A model generated the notes under the pieces. It did not search any database. It was not told where the DNA came from and was given only the letters and a program-made list of their open reading frames with translations. This document shows, in pieces, positions 24,950 through 37,000 of a DNA stretch of 64,000 bases. A program made the position numbers and the translations under genes. Positions within the stretch are counted from its first letter, which is position 1, and the number at the start of each line of letters is the position of its first letter. This DNA is from Psammoneis japonica (lineage: Eukaryota): contig QPGO01000014.1 in assembly GCA_008632985.1 (NCBI GenBank), positions 62,001-126,000 of the forward strand, in the 5' to 3' direction.

Positions 24950-26590
24950 CCGATTCGCGCAAAAAAATCGTTTTTGCGCGCGGGAAGGCCTCGAAAAGAT
25001 TGGACGTGGACTTGCAGCAAGTGCTGCGCTTGATTTCTCACACACTCAAGCTGTGCTGCTGAAGCTTGAGGGCTTCCAACTGGCAACTTTGTTCAATTGA
25101 AAATGGGTGCGGCGCTGCCACATTTGACCACTTGGCACCATGGCATCCCCCAGAAACCTCTGCAGAGACACCACACACCACAGCTCACAACTCTCACGCA
25201 ACGCAGCCAACCCAGTTAACTGCAGCCATCCTTGTCTCTCTTGTTGCCCCTGACCAGTCTGTTGGGTGCTGGTCATTGTGCTGCTGTTCATGCATGACCA
25301 AGCAGCCACAGATGTTTCCAACCACCAGTGCTCAAAAGAACCACAATTTGATTTGGGCTGGTTTTCGCCAATGTCGCAGCCCTTCACGTCATTCCAGTGA
25401 CACCAGCTGCTGCTCAAAGCGGTGGTTTGAGCTCAAAATTGCATTTCCTCCACACTGTTGACAACACAAGGATTTTCTCAAGACAATTCATGAAAAGCAA
25501 GCTGCTGCCACAATGAGCCTGGGCTGACCAACACATGCAGCGCGGTGCACCACACAATCATGCCATCTGCTGTCATTTCTTGCATTCTGTGAAATGAGAT
25601 GATGGCTTCCTCCCAATGCCAGTCAAACATGGGACAAACAAAGTCGTCTCTGGCACCCATGTTGTCACAGACAACATGAGCCTTGTTGTGTGCCTTGGGT
25701 GCCAATCGTGTGGTGCAAAGCGGCAAACCCACATTTGGCACATGTGCAAATGAAAATCCTTTCATTGCTGCAGCTTGGGCATGCCCAAGGCATCCAAAAA
25801 GAAAAAGCTGGGTGCAATCACAGTGGGCATTTTGACTTGGAATGGACTCTTTTTTAAAATTACATTGGCTTTGCTTTCACTCTTGACATGGTGGAGATTC
25901 TTTTTCCAACCAAGATGGGTGGAGCTTGAAGTTGCAGCCAAGCAAGGACAATCTTGATGAGTCCTCTTGCAGACTCTTCTTCTAGATTGATCTGGCTGCA
26001 GCCCCTCCCAGCCAAACCACATGCAAAATGCCAAGATGAAGAGCAGACAGACAGCAACAATGAACATGATGCCATGAGATGTGGCATTTGCCACACCTGT
26101 TGGAAGGCACCGCAAAGGCTTTCGTGACAACAAAGAATGTCGCAAAAGAAAAGATCTCCACCAAGAACCAACAAATGCAGCAGAGCGCAACTTGTCACAC
26201 CTTCTCATGCACTGCACATTGTTTTGAGGCCAGCACAATTCAAGTTCTTGCAAGCTGTCAATCTGAGCTCTCCCTTGAATGATTCCTTGCATTGTTTGCT
26301 GTGCATTGTCAGATTCCTCACATGAGATGAGTCAGTCACAAGGTGATCTCCATGCAATCATGTTGTGCACAAGTGCGTGTGTTGGCTGCACAAGGGCAAG
26401 TGCCACATGACTTCTGCAAAACAAGAAGAAGACTGGCCACCTGTGCCATTGTGTGTTTTGGCTGTTGTTGTCATCATTTCAATGTTGTGTGTTGCTTTGA
26501 CATTGCTGTTGTTGTCATCATTTCAATGTTGTGTGTTGTTTTGACATTGCATGTGCTGCAGAGCTGTCCACATTCAAACAACTTCCTTGC
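24950..26590. mobile_element. Unclassified degenerate TE-like DNA, TpA/CpG depleted
   Basis: Composition only; no recognisable domain. Confidence 0.45.
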
Positions 26591-27192
26591 ACCAACTTTA
26601 GAGCAAAGAAACTTGGGGTGCCAACTTTGGGGCAAAACTCAGCATGCCAAGATTGGGGCAAAACTTGGCATGCCAACTTTGGGCCAAAACTTGGCATGCC
26701 AACTTTGGGGTGAAACTCAGCATGCCAACTTTGGGGCAAAACTTGGCTTGCCATCTTTTTGGCAAAAAAAAACTTGGCGTGGGGGCAAAACTCGGCAAGC
26801 CAACTTTGGGCCAAAACTTGGTGCGCCAACTTGGCACAAAACTGGGCATGCCAACTTTGGCAAAAAAATTGGCGTGCCAACTTTGGGACAAAACTCAGCA
26901 AGCCAACTGACTTTGGGCCAAAACTTGGCACACCAACTTTGGGGCAAAACTTGGCATGCCAACTTTGGGCCAAAACTCGACATGCCAACTTTGGGGCAAA
27001 ACTTGGTGTGCCAACTTTGGCCCAAAACTCAGGCACAAAGCTCGGCCCAAGCCTCGGCACACCTGCTTTGGGGCAAAACTTGGCACGCCAACTTTGGGGC
27101 AAAACTTGGCACACCAACTTTGGCCCAAAACTTGGCATGCCAACTTTGGCGCAAAACTTGGCATGCCAACTTGGGGCAAAACCAACTTTGGG

Positions 27193-28906
27193 GAGAATTG
27201 CCAATGGAGTGGCGTACTTTCCAAAAGTGCGGTGCGCAGCACTCATCTACATGCGGACAAACAGTGCTAGACTCTACGCACCGAACACAACAAGATTTCA
27301 CTTCATTACGACAACAGCACGGGAAGTCCATCATGTCGGGTGCATCGACGTCATTGCGCTTCTTGCATGTGAAAAATACATCAATCCACTGACATTGCGC
27401 ATGCGAATTGGATGGGATGCAGGATCTTGCAAATCTGGTGAAAAAATCGTCCCCCCGTGCTTCACCGTGTTAAAAACCCCGTGCCAATCCTCCACAATGA
27501 ATGAAAATCCAACTTTTCGTCAAAATCTGTTGTCGCGTGCTTACTTCAGTGCTTCATCAATGCGATCGACCGAGAAAACACAAAATACACCCCAAAAAAA
27601 GTGAAAAACAACAGTCCCACCGCGGCCAAAACCTCTACGTGATTTCAGCACCAAGTTGTACGTGCCAAAAACCCTTCGTCACCAATGGCTCAACCAGCTC
27701 CCAAAACAACTCGATCATTGTCATTTGACATTGACATCTCATTTCTTATCATATCAGTTGTTGTCTCGGTGCATCATAACCTCCCAGTCCGCTGTCGTTG
27801 TTGTGTGCGTCCATTGCCGATGTCGCGGCGTCGTTGCCGTGATGTTTGTGTGTGAAGTGAATTCAAATAAACATCTCTACGAATTTGTAGTACATTTTTA
27901 CGTACGTATATTTTGTGTAGATCAGGTATGCGCACCGAATTTTTGAAAGTACGCCACTCCATTCCTCACCACGGAGATGCTCACCAAATGCTCACCACGA
28001 CTTTTTCGTTAAATGTGTTACGTCAGTCTCTCCGTCATATGCGAACTGCCACATCACTCTTTCACAAACCAAACACAATCCCCCCCCCCATCAAAACCGA
28101 CCAAAACTGACGGCAACGCCCAGAAAACAGAAAACAACACGCATCGACAACATGGTGGCACACAGAGCATGAAAATGATGGCCCGTAACGGCGTCAAATT
28201 TCAACCGTATGACAATAAAAAGAAGAGCAATCGAACCGTCGTGTGTTAATTAGTCTGTGAAGTTCATTTCTCTTTTGTCCAGTGCTGTGATCGTAGACTT
28301 ATGGAGTTTTTTCAGAAGCTGTCAATTGTCAAGTTTTAGATCCTTTTCTCGGGCCATTTCGACCCCTCAGTCTAAGATCAAACTACACAATAATAAGCCG
28401 ATTAAATCCTCCATGTTTAAGTTGGTCTTTAAGCTTATTGGTGCATCGTGTGGATCTAGTTTAGCTGCCTTATGCATTGAGTTTGTATGGTGCACGAACA
28501 ATCCTGTGAATACAACAAGTCTGTTTTAGCCATAAGTCCACACCATTTTGCCATTTTCTTCACCTGACATGATCATATAGACTTAATGTTATCGTATGGT
28601 GCTACTTCTATTGTTTTAAATCTGGAAGAAGTTGTGAGAAACGGCCGCAGACGACTTACACGAAAAACACATCAAGTCATCTCAGTAGATTTCTACATGC
28701 GGCTCAGTGCGTGACGTCTCAAATCGATCGCCGTTGCTCCACAGTACGCTGCAGCGCAGTGGAATTTTCGACTGAACGAAATTTGGGCGTCGATGAGGAA
28801 GGGTGTGAAGGGGGTCGGGTGGGGCGGGAAGCATTCGCGCGACTGACGCAAACAGACGTGGTGAGCATTTGGTGAGCATCTCCGTGGTGAGGAATTGGTG
28901 ATTCTC
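27193..28906. mobile_element. Non-autonomous TIR element with ~50-bp TIRs and 8-bp TSD (MULE/hAT-like)
   Basis: Left TIR GAGAATTGCCAAT+TCCTCACCACGGAGATGCTCACCAAATGCTCACCACG (split by the inner MITE) matches the inverse of 28857-28906. ACTTTGGG is duplicated at 27185-27192 and 28907-28914. Confidence 0.88.
27206..27960. mobile_element. 755-bp MITE with 2-bp AT TSD (ISL2EU/PHIS-like) inserted in the left TIR of the previous element
   Basis: Termini GGAGTGGCGTACTTTC...GAAAGTACGCCACTCC. The uninterrupted right TIR of the host element gives the empty site CCAATTCC, so the duplication is AT. Confidence 0.88.
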
Positions 28907-29829
28907 ACTTTGGGGCAAAACTTGGCACACCAACTTTGGCCCAAAACTTGGCATGCCAACTTTGGCGCAAAACTTGGCATGCCAACTTTGGGCCAAAACT
29001 TGGCATGCCAACTTTGGGCAAAACTTGGCACGCCAACTTTGGGGAAAAGCTTGGCGTGCCAACTTTGGGGCAAAACTTGGCATGCCAACTTTGGGCCAAA
29101 ACTTGGCATGCCAACTTTGGGGTGAAACTCGGCATGCCAACTTTCCGGCAATTGGCACACCAACTTTGGGGTGAAACTCAGCATGCCAACTTTGTGGCAA
29201 AACTTGGCATGCCAACTTTGGGCCAAAACTTGGTGCACCAACTTTGGCGTTAAACTGGGTGTGCCAACTTTGGGCCAAAACTTGGCATGCCAACTTTGAG
29301 GCAAAACTTGGCGTGCCAACTTTGGGGCAAAACTTGGTGCGCTGACTTTGTCGCAAAACTTGGCATGCCAACTTTGGGGCAAAACTCGGTGTGCCAACTT
29401 TGGGGCAAAACTTGGCATGCCAACTTTGGGGCAAAACTTGGCATGCCAACTTTGGGCCAAATCTTGGCACGCCAACTTTGGGGTGAAACTTGGTGTGCCA
29501 ACTTTGGGGCAAAACTGGGCACGCCAACTTTGGCACAAAACTTGGCAAGCCAACTTTGGGGCAAAACTTGGCACACCAACTTTGGGGCAAAACTCAGGCA
29601 CAAAACTTGGTGTGCCAACTTTGGGGCAAAACTTGGCATGCCAACTTTGGCACAAAACTCAGTGTGCCAGCTTTGGGCAAAACTCGGCATGCCAACTTTG
29701 GCACAAAACTCAGCATGCCAACTTTAGCACAAAACTTGGCATGCCAACTTTGGGACAAAACTCAGCATGCCAACTTTGGTGCAAAACTTGGCATGCCAAC
29801 TTTGGCACAAAACTTGGCACGCCAACTTT

Positions 29830-30398
29830 GGGTCTGCGGGAAATTGCCATTTTCACCACCTGCGTGTCAAAATTGATGGAATCGCGCCTGCCAGCACAAA
29901 ATCTGTCTGACAAGACAAATTTGTCACCGACACCACCTCGTAGAAAAGACATTTTTAGACACAACTTTTGATGCAAAAAAACTGTGTGAGACAAAGAAAA
30001 CTGTGTAAAGACCCGGATGTGCACAATTGAAAATGTCCCAAAGTTTGTGTTGTGCACGAATGTGCCAGGCTCCTGCACATGAAAGAACCCACACGCACAT
30101 TTTTCAAAATGTGTGACACAACTTTCAAAATGCACACCCGGGTTGCATTTTTTCGTGTGGATTTTGTGCTGGAAGTCTCGCAGGAATTCTAAAAACACCC
30201 GGGTGTGCATTTTTGAAACTGTGGCACAACTTTGATTTGTGTCAAAAGTTGTGTCAAAGTTGTGTCAAAGTTGTGTCTAAAACACGCGAGCTCGTCACGT
30301 AGAAAAAGCACGTGCGGCCACGCTGTTGGCATTGCAAACGGTCGAAACTCACAGAGACTCTCTGTTTTTTGCTCAAAAACACGATTTCCCGCAGAGCC
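29830..30398. mobile_element. 569-bp MITE with 3-bp TSD (PIF/Harbinger-like)
   Basis: Termini GGGTCTGCGGGAAAT...ATTTCCCGCAGAGCC, flanked by TTT on both sides. Internal inverted repeats around ACACCCGGGT. Confidence 0.78.
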
Positions 30399-31049
30399 TT
30401 TGCTCCAAAACTTGGCATGCCAACTTTGGGGCAAAACTTGGCATGCCAACTTTGTGCCAAAACTTGGCAAAAAAACTTTGGGGCGAAACTTGGCATGCCA
30501 ACTTTGGGGCAAAACTTGGCTTGCCAACTTTGGCACAAATTTGGCATGCCAACTTTGGATCAAAGACACTTGGCATGCCAACTTTGGGGCGAAACTCAGC
30601 ATGCCAACTTTTGGCAAAACTCGGCATGCCAACTTTGGCACACAAAACTCAGAGTGCCAACTTTGGACTTTGAAGCAAAACTTGGCATGCCAACTTTGTG
30701 GCAAAACTTCGTGTGCCAACTTCACTGCAAAAATGAGCACACCAACTTTGGGGCAAAACTTGGCTTGCCAACTTTGGCGCAAAACTTGGCACGCCAACTT
30801 TGTGGCAACACTTGGTGTGCCAGCTTTGTGGGGCAAAACTCAGCACGCCAACTTTGGCACAAAACTTGGCATGCCAACTTGGGGCAAAACTTGGCAAGCC
30901 AACTTTGGGGCATTGCTTGGCACTGGGATGAAACTCAGCCTTCCAACTTTTGGGCAAAACCCGGCATGCCAACTTTGGCACAAAACTCAGTGTGCCAACT
31001 TTGGACTTTGAAGCAAAGTGCGACATCCCAGCTTTGAGGTTAAACTTGG

Positions 31050-34000
31050 TGTGCAAACTCCAACACAAATGCAATGAAAGAGGGCAGCACAAAACTGAGC
31101 ACTCCACTCAATGTGAAGACAGGCACCTCTCTGGAGTTGCCCATGTCATTGAAATCAGCTGACACTGCACCAACTCTGACCATCACTCCATTTGTGGACA
31201 ACAACACAGGGAATCTAAACCAAAACAAAGATCTTCCACCTCGCCATTTCAGCTCTCACCCACTTCACTCCATTGGTGCTGGGAGCATGCCAAAATGAAC
31301 AAATTGCCCCAAGTTTGTCAAGCCATTGAAGTCATGCCAAGAGCCTCTGACCATCAACACATTTCAAGCTGTCTGCTCAATGCTGGCACAGACTTGCCGA
31401 AGTTGTCACTTTGCTGTTGACTCAAAACAGGAGAGTCTTTTTGTCCATGTTGGTTGCACCAAGGCAGCGTCAAAGGCAAGAACAAAAAAAACATTTCATC
31501 ATTTCCTGTTTCTTGCACACTTGCAAATGCAGCCAACCAGCTGTCAGTGCAGAAGCACAGTCCAGCGCCCAAACTGACCATTCGCAACTTGTCTGTTGAT
31601 GGACGCACCCACTGGAACCCATGTTGTCAATGCAAAGTTGTGACAGCACACCATTTCCTGACCAGCATGAGCTCCACACCAAAATCATTCTGGCAAGCTC
31701 CAAATGCAATGGGGCCACCCAAACTGATCACACCAAACATGCCATCTAAAGCTTGCCCAGTGAGTGTCTTTCCACATTTTCCCTGCAGCAACGTGTTTGC
31801 ATTGCCTTGAAAGATCTGAGCTGGCTCAGAACCACCACAAAGAATGTTTGCTTCTCATCCACAAAAGCACCCACAGAAAAAACACCTCTGGCATCTGACA
31901 CAGACATGGAAAAGCCAAAGCAATCTTCAGCAGCTTTTCTGTCAATGTCAGCCCCAAGATGGCCCCAGTGGTCAGCACTGGAGTTGCACCCAAAAAAGAC
32001 TTGAAAACACCTTGATCACTGCTGCCATCATCATCATCATCATCAAAATCTGCTCCAGCTGCAACAGCACTGCTGCTGACATTGAGAGACACAAACTTGC
32101 CAAAGCCTTGTCCACCCTCTTCTCATCTCACCAGCTCAAGACCATCTGCAACATGTTTCTGCACTGAACCAGAGCAATGCTTGTCAACAATTAAAAGTTC
32201 CACACCTTTGCCTGATGTTTCTGCCAATCTTCATTGCACATGAACATTGATTCTTGTCGTTGATGATGGCTGTCAATTCGCAAATCATTTGATTGATTTT
32301 TCTTGTTTTGAGTTGCCTGTTGTGCTTTTTGTGTGTGCGTTGTTAAACTTGTTAAGTTTGCATGCATTTCATCCCTTCTCTTTCCAATCGCAAGCTGTTT
32401 CCCTTCTGTTTTGCTCTGTTTCTGCCGGATCTGTCCTTTTTTCCCACTGCACACACCACAAGCCTCCTGCCAACCAAAAATCTGCCAACCACAATGGCAC
32501 ACCCCTGTTGCAATCCAATCTGTCCCAGTCAGATGTCTGACAACAATGACCAGTGTGCTCTCTGCCCACATTTCAAAGGTGTCCTCAGTGCGCTTCCTTC
32601 TTTTGTTGTGGCCTTGACAATGCATCTTCCTCTTGGTGCCTCCCAAGAACCATTCCCTTGATTCAAGCACCAAAGGATTCTTGTCCCTGTCTCTTCATGA
32701 TGGTGATCCATCCCACCTTTTTCCAGATGGCAGTGATCATGAGTTTCAGCCATCTGCCCACGGCAATCCCTCTTCCAATGAACTGCTGTCAAACCAACCA
32801 TGAAGATTGCGGAGGCTGCGGTGCTTCTCATCACTGCATTTCTGGCTAGCTTGCAAGGTGCATGGATGGATCCTCACCTCACACATGATGAGGCACTGCA
32901 GCATGGTGACTTTTCTGGGACTTCATAAGTCCAGAATCTCACCTGGCCTCTGAGGCACCTCAGATTGGAAAAATTCAGTTTCAGCCCCATGCACAGACAA
33001 CTGCTGCAAGGGATGTGGAAAGTGCTGCTGCACTGTTGCTCAGCTGGGTGAAGAAATCCAGCACAGCTGCTGTGAAGCACAGGAGTCCAAAGTGTTCACT
33101 TTTCAGAATGCAATGATTTCCAGAGCATTTCCATTCGATGATGATCAGAAACAGCCAATCCAAGAAAACACAATGCAGTGGGCATGTTGGGCATTTTGCT
33201 GCAAGGGAGTTGCTCAAGCAGCAACAACCTTTCAAGACATCAGCGCAATGCTTCACAGAGCATTTCTTTTAGAAGGAACCTGGGGTCAAGAGTTGCAGAA
33301 TAAAAACCCAGATTTTTCCAGAGCTGTGGTGAGTGCTCCTGTCATGCTGACAAAAAACAGCAGTGCTTCTAGTTGCAGCACAGTTGTCCCTGCTCTGGCC
33401 ATTTTTGCACTGCTCCTTGCCCTTGCTGTTCTCTGGTGGGCAGGCATTGTGAACATCCCAAAAGGATTCTTTGGTTTCCGTCACCTCTGACAGTGCATGT
33501 GCGGCATTTGTTTGACACCACTGATCCACAAAAGACACTGTTTGTGGTTCTTTTCACATTCAAAACTTCTCTGTTGGCAAAGGGACAGGCCAAGGGCATT
33601 CCACATCTCCTGCTTGCACCTCTTCCTCCATTTCTTTCATCATTTGGGTGTCTGCTTGGTCCAGGCATTTGTTGTGTTGCTGCTCAGCAATGGCGACATT
33701 TGAAACACACAATTCTTGTCACAACAAAAATCCTTCTGCTGTCAATCCTTTTGATCAAACCTCACCCACAGAATCAAAACAAGTGATTTGCAGGAAAGGA
33801 TTGACAATGGGGCAGCTGCAATGACCAAACAAACATTCATGAGATGAGAGAGACATTGGTGCAACATGACAAACAACACCGACATTTTGCAACTTGATCC
33901 TGGTCCTGAAACTCTGGTTTTCTTCCACACTGGCACCACACATTGCACGCCGGGATTGCATGCTTCTTTTTGTTGACTTTTTCTTCCATTTGGCTGGGCT

Positions 34001-37000
34001 TGGACAAGTTTGGCACATCATTGCTTGGTGACAGCAGCATTGCAACACACAGTTGTTGTCATCACAAAAACACTTTCTGCTGGCAATTGCTGTGACCAAA
34101 CCTCGCCAAGAGGAGCAGAACAAACAACTTGTTGAAAACAATTGTCAGCAGGACAGCCACAACAAGGTTGGCATGCAACAGACTGAAACAGAAATTTTCG
34201 CGGTGACAACACAAGAAGGGTTGCATTTCACTCACAAAAAATGCTCCATTGGATGGCCAAACAGACTTGCAGGGGGTCCATGTCAATTAAATGGGTCACC
34301 TGTGTGGCTCATTTTGTCCTCATTTTAATGCCAATCACATCAGATGCTCAACGCGCGATGTTGGAGTGACCCACATGTGGGCCACAAATTGGCCTTTTTC
34401 AATCACAACCCCACAAGAGGGGTTGTGATTGAAACTTGGGATGGCGCTGCACTCCGACATGGTGGGGATGGTTTGGCATTCAAACAACAATGACGGGCTG
34501 CCATTTCAGTTGCCTGTGTGGCTCACATTTTGTTCTCTTTTTAAACTCTCAAGAACAGCTTCATTTGTTTCCTTTTGCTTCCATTTTGGCTCAGCTCTCT
34601 GCCTTTGCTTTGCTCTGTCTCTGCTGCACCTGTCCCTTTTTTCCGCTGGATGCTGCACAACTCATCTTCCATGACAGGATTTGAACAAGATTTTAGTTCA
34701 TCACACACAATTGTGTGTGCTCCCAGTTCCACGCACGTCACACGATGCAATTTGCTTTTGAGCCACATGGCTCACAAGAACAATGACAGCAGCACCAACA
34801 TCACGAGACACCAGTCTTTCAGCTCCTGCAATGGTCTCTGCACGGAGACTCATCTGCTGTTTAGACAGCAACAAGGAGTCATTGTTTTCTTCCGCCCAGT
34901 CATCTTAAATTTCTGTCATTCCGATCTAACATCCACTGACAACAATGGCGTGCCCCTGTCACAATCCACTTTGTGTTGTCCTGGTTGGATGTGTGACAAT
35001 GACAACAACAACAACAACAACAAGCATGCTCTCCAAGACATTTTCAAAGGAATCTCTGGTGTTCTTTTTTTTTCATTCTGGCCTGAACCTTGACGATGAC
35101 TTTGGGAAGCACACCCTGCCCAGCGCTGCAGGAAGAGAAGCACTGGGGGCAGCAGGAAGAGCAGCTTAGATTTGAGCTTGCCAAGGCATGGTCTTTGCAT
35201 CTCATGAAGCAAGCAATGGCTCTGCTGCTTGGAAAGCCACTGCCAGATGACAGAGACTGGGAAGTTTGTTTCATCTTCACCATCACCACAAACAAAGACA
35301 ATGGCCAGAGTTCATCAGCCACACATCCTCAATTCCAAGGGGGTTCATTCTGGTGTTGAGTTTTGACAACATGTCTTGGTGTCTCCAGTTTGAGCAACAG
35401 GCTTGCCGGGTGGATGGTGCATGATGCACAGGCCAACGCCACTTAAGAAGCTAAAATGGAGAATGTGGTGGTGTCCCCATGTCCCAGCAAACATTTGCCA
35501 AATGCCAAGCCAGATCATCATCATCGCCACAAATGCACATTGGTTTTGAGTTGCTGCCTGCATGACATGCACCCCGAATGCACTCAGTCTGCATTTGTTA
35601 AATGGGTTGGCCCAATTGTGGTGTCTTTGCACTCTTGATTTGGGAAGCTCAAGCCTTGTCTTGGGCAGCAGCAGCGCCATTGCATGATTCCTCTACAAAC
35701 AAGAAGATGCCCAGATGCACAAGTTGTGGAAGCATGAGGCCCACAGATGTGGAAAAGGAGGTGCGCAGTTGTCTTGGGATGGCATTGGAAGACTCCAGTG
35801 GGTTGCCAGGGACATGCTGACAGCCATGGCTGGGGAGCAAATGCCTTGTCTTGTGTCAATGCAGCACCTTGTCTCTCTAACATGACTGGCTTTGGCCCAG
35901 CCAGCCAACCTGCAGAGACAAGAAAACCATCTGTGTGGTGACTGTGCAAGTGCTCCATTGTCTTGGGATGGCATTGGATGCAATGACAACAATGGTTGGG
36001 AAGTGAAGGCCTCGTCTAGTGTCAACACAGCACCCTGTCTTTTTGACATGACTGGGTTCTTTGGCCCAGCCACCCCACCTGCAAGGACAAGAAAACCATC
36101 TGTGTGACAGTGCAAGTGCTCCGTTGTCTTGAGATGGCATTGAATGACTCCATTGGGTCCCAGAGGATGCAATGAAAGCAATGGTTGGGAAGCAAAGGCC
36201 TTGTCCAGTGTCAACACAGCACCCTGTCTCTTTGACATGACTGGGCTCTTTGGCCCAGCCACCCCACCCACAGAGACAAGAAAACCATCTGTGTGACAGT
36301 GCAAGTGCTCCGTTGTCTTGGGATGGCTTTTGCTGACTCCGTTGGATCCCAGAGGAGCCAATGACAACAATGGTTGGGAAGAAAAGGCCTTGTCTTGTGT
36401 CAGCGCAGCACCTTGTCTCTCTGACATGACTGGGTTTGGCCCAGCCAAGAACCAATTTGCAAGAAAGACAAGGGAACCATCTGTGCAACAGCGCAAGTGC
36501 TCAGTTGTCTTGGGATGGCTTTTGGTGACTCCGTTGGATCCAAAAGGAGCCAACAACAACAATGGCTGGGAAGCAAAGGCCTTGTCTTGTGTCAATGCAG
36601 CACCTTGTTTCTCTGACATGACTGGGTTTGGCCCAGCCACCCCACCCACAGAGACAAGAAAACCATCTGTGCAACAGTGCAAGTGCTCAGTTGTCATGGG
36701 ATGGCTTTTGGTGACTCCTGGGGAACCATCTGTGTGACAGCACAAGCACTCAGTTGTCTTGAGATGGGCACAAGAGACTTCATTGGGTCCCTGAGGAGAC
36801 AAGAACAACAATGGTTGGGAAGAAAAAGCCTGGTCTTGGGCTGACGCAGCTCCTTTTCTGTCTGATGTGATTGGCTTGCTTTGGCCCAGCCACCTCACCT
36901 GCAGAGACAAGGGAGCTTTCTGCACTGTGTGACAGCGCAATTGTGCAGCTGTCTTTGGATGGCCTTGGGTGCCTCCATTGTGTCCCAAGGGAGCCAATGA

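Larger units (their letters stand above)
26590..31050 (+). repeat. 26-bp tandem repeat array (CCAACTTTGGGGCAAAACTTGGCATG) split into three blocks by insertions
   Basis: Blocks at about 26590-27192, 28907-29829 and 30399-31050. Head-to-tail units with palindromic core TTGGCATGCCAA. Confidence 0.95.

Noticed and set aside
26590..31050. CRISPR array suggested by palindromic ~26-bp repeats
   Set aside because: Units are head-to-tail with no unique spacers, there are no cas genes and the context is eukaryotic.
26343..31107. Long repetitive ORFs (LGMPTLGQN / WHAKFCPK) as proteins
   Set aside because: The 26-bp unit is not a multiple of 3 and frames are open on both strands simply because TA is missing.
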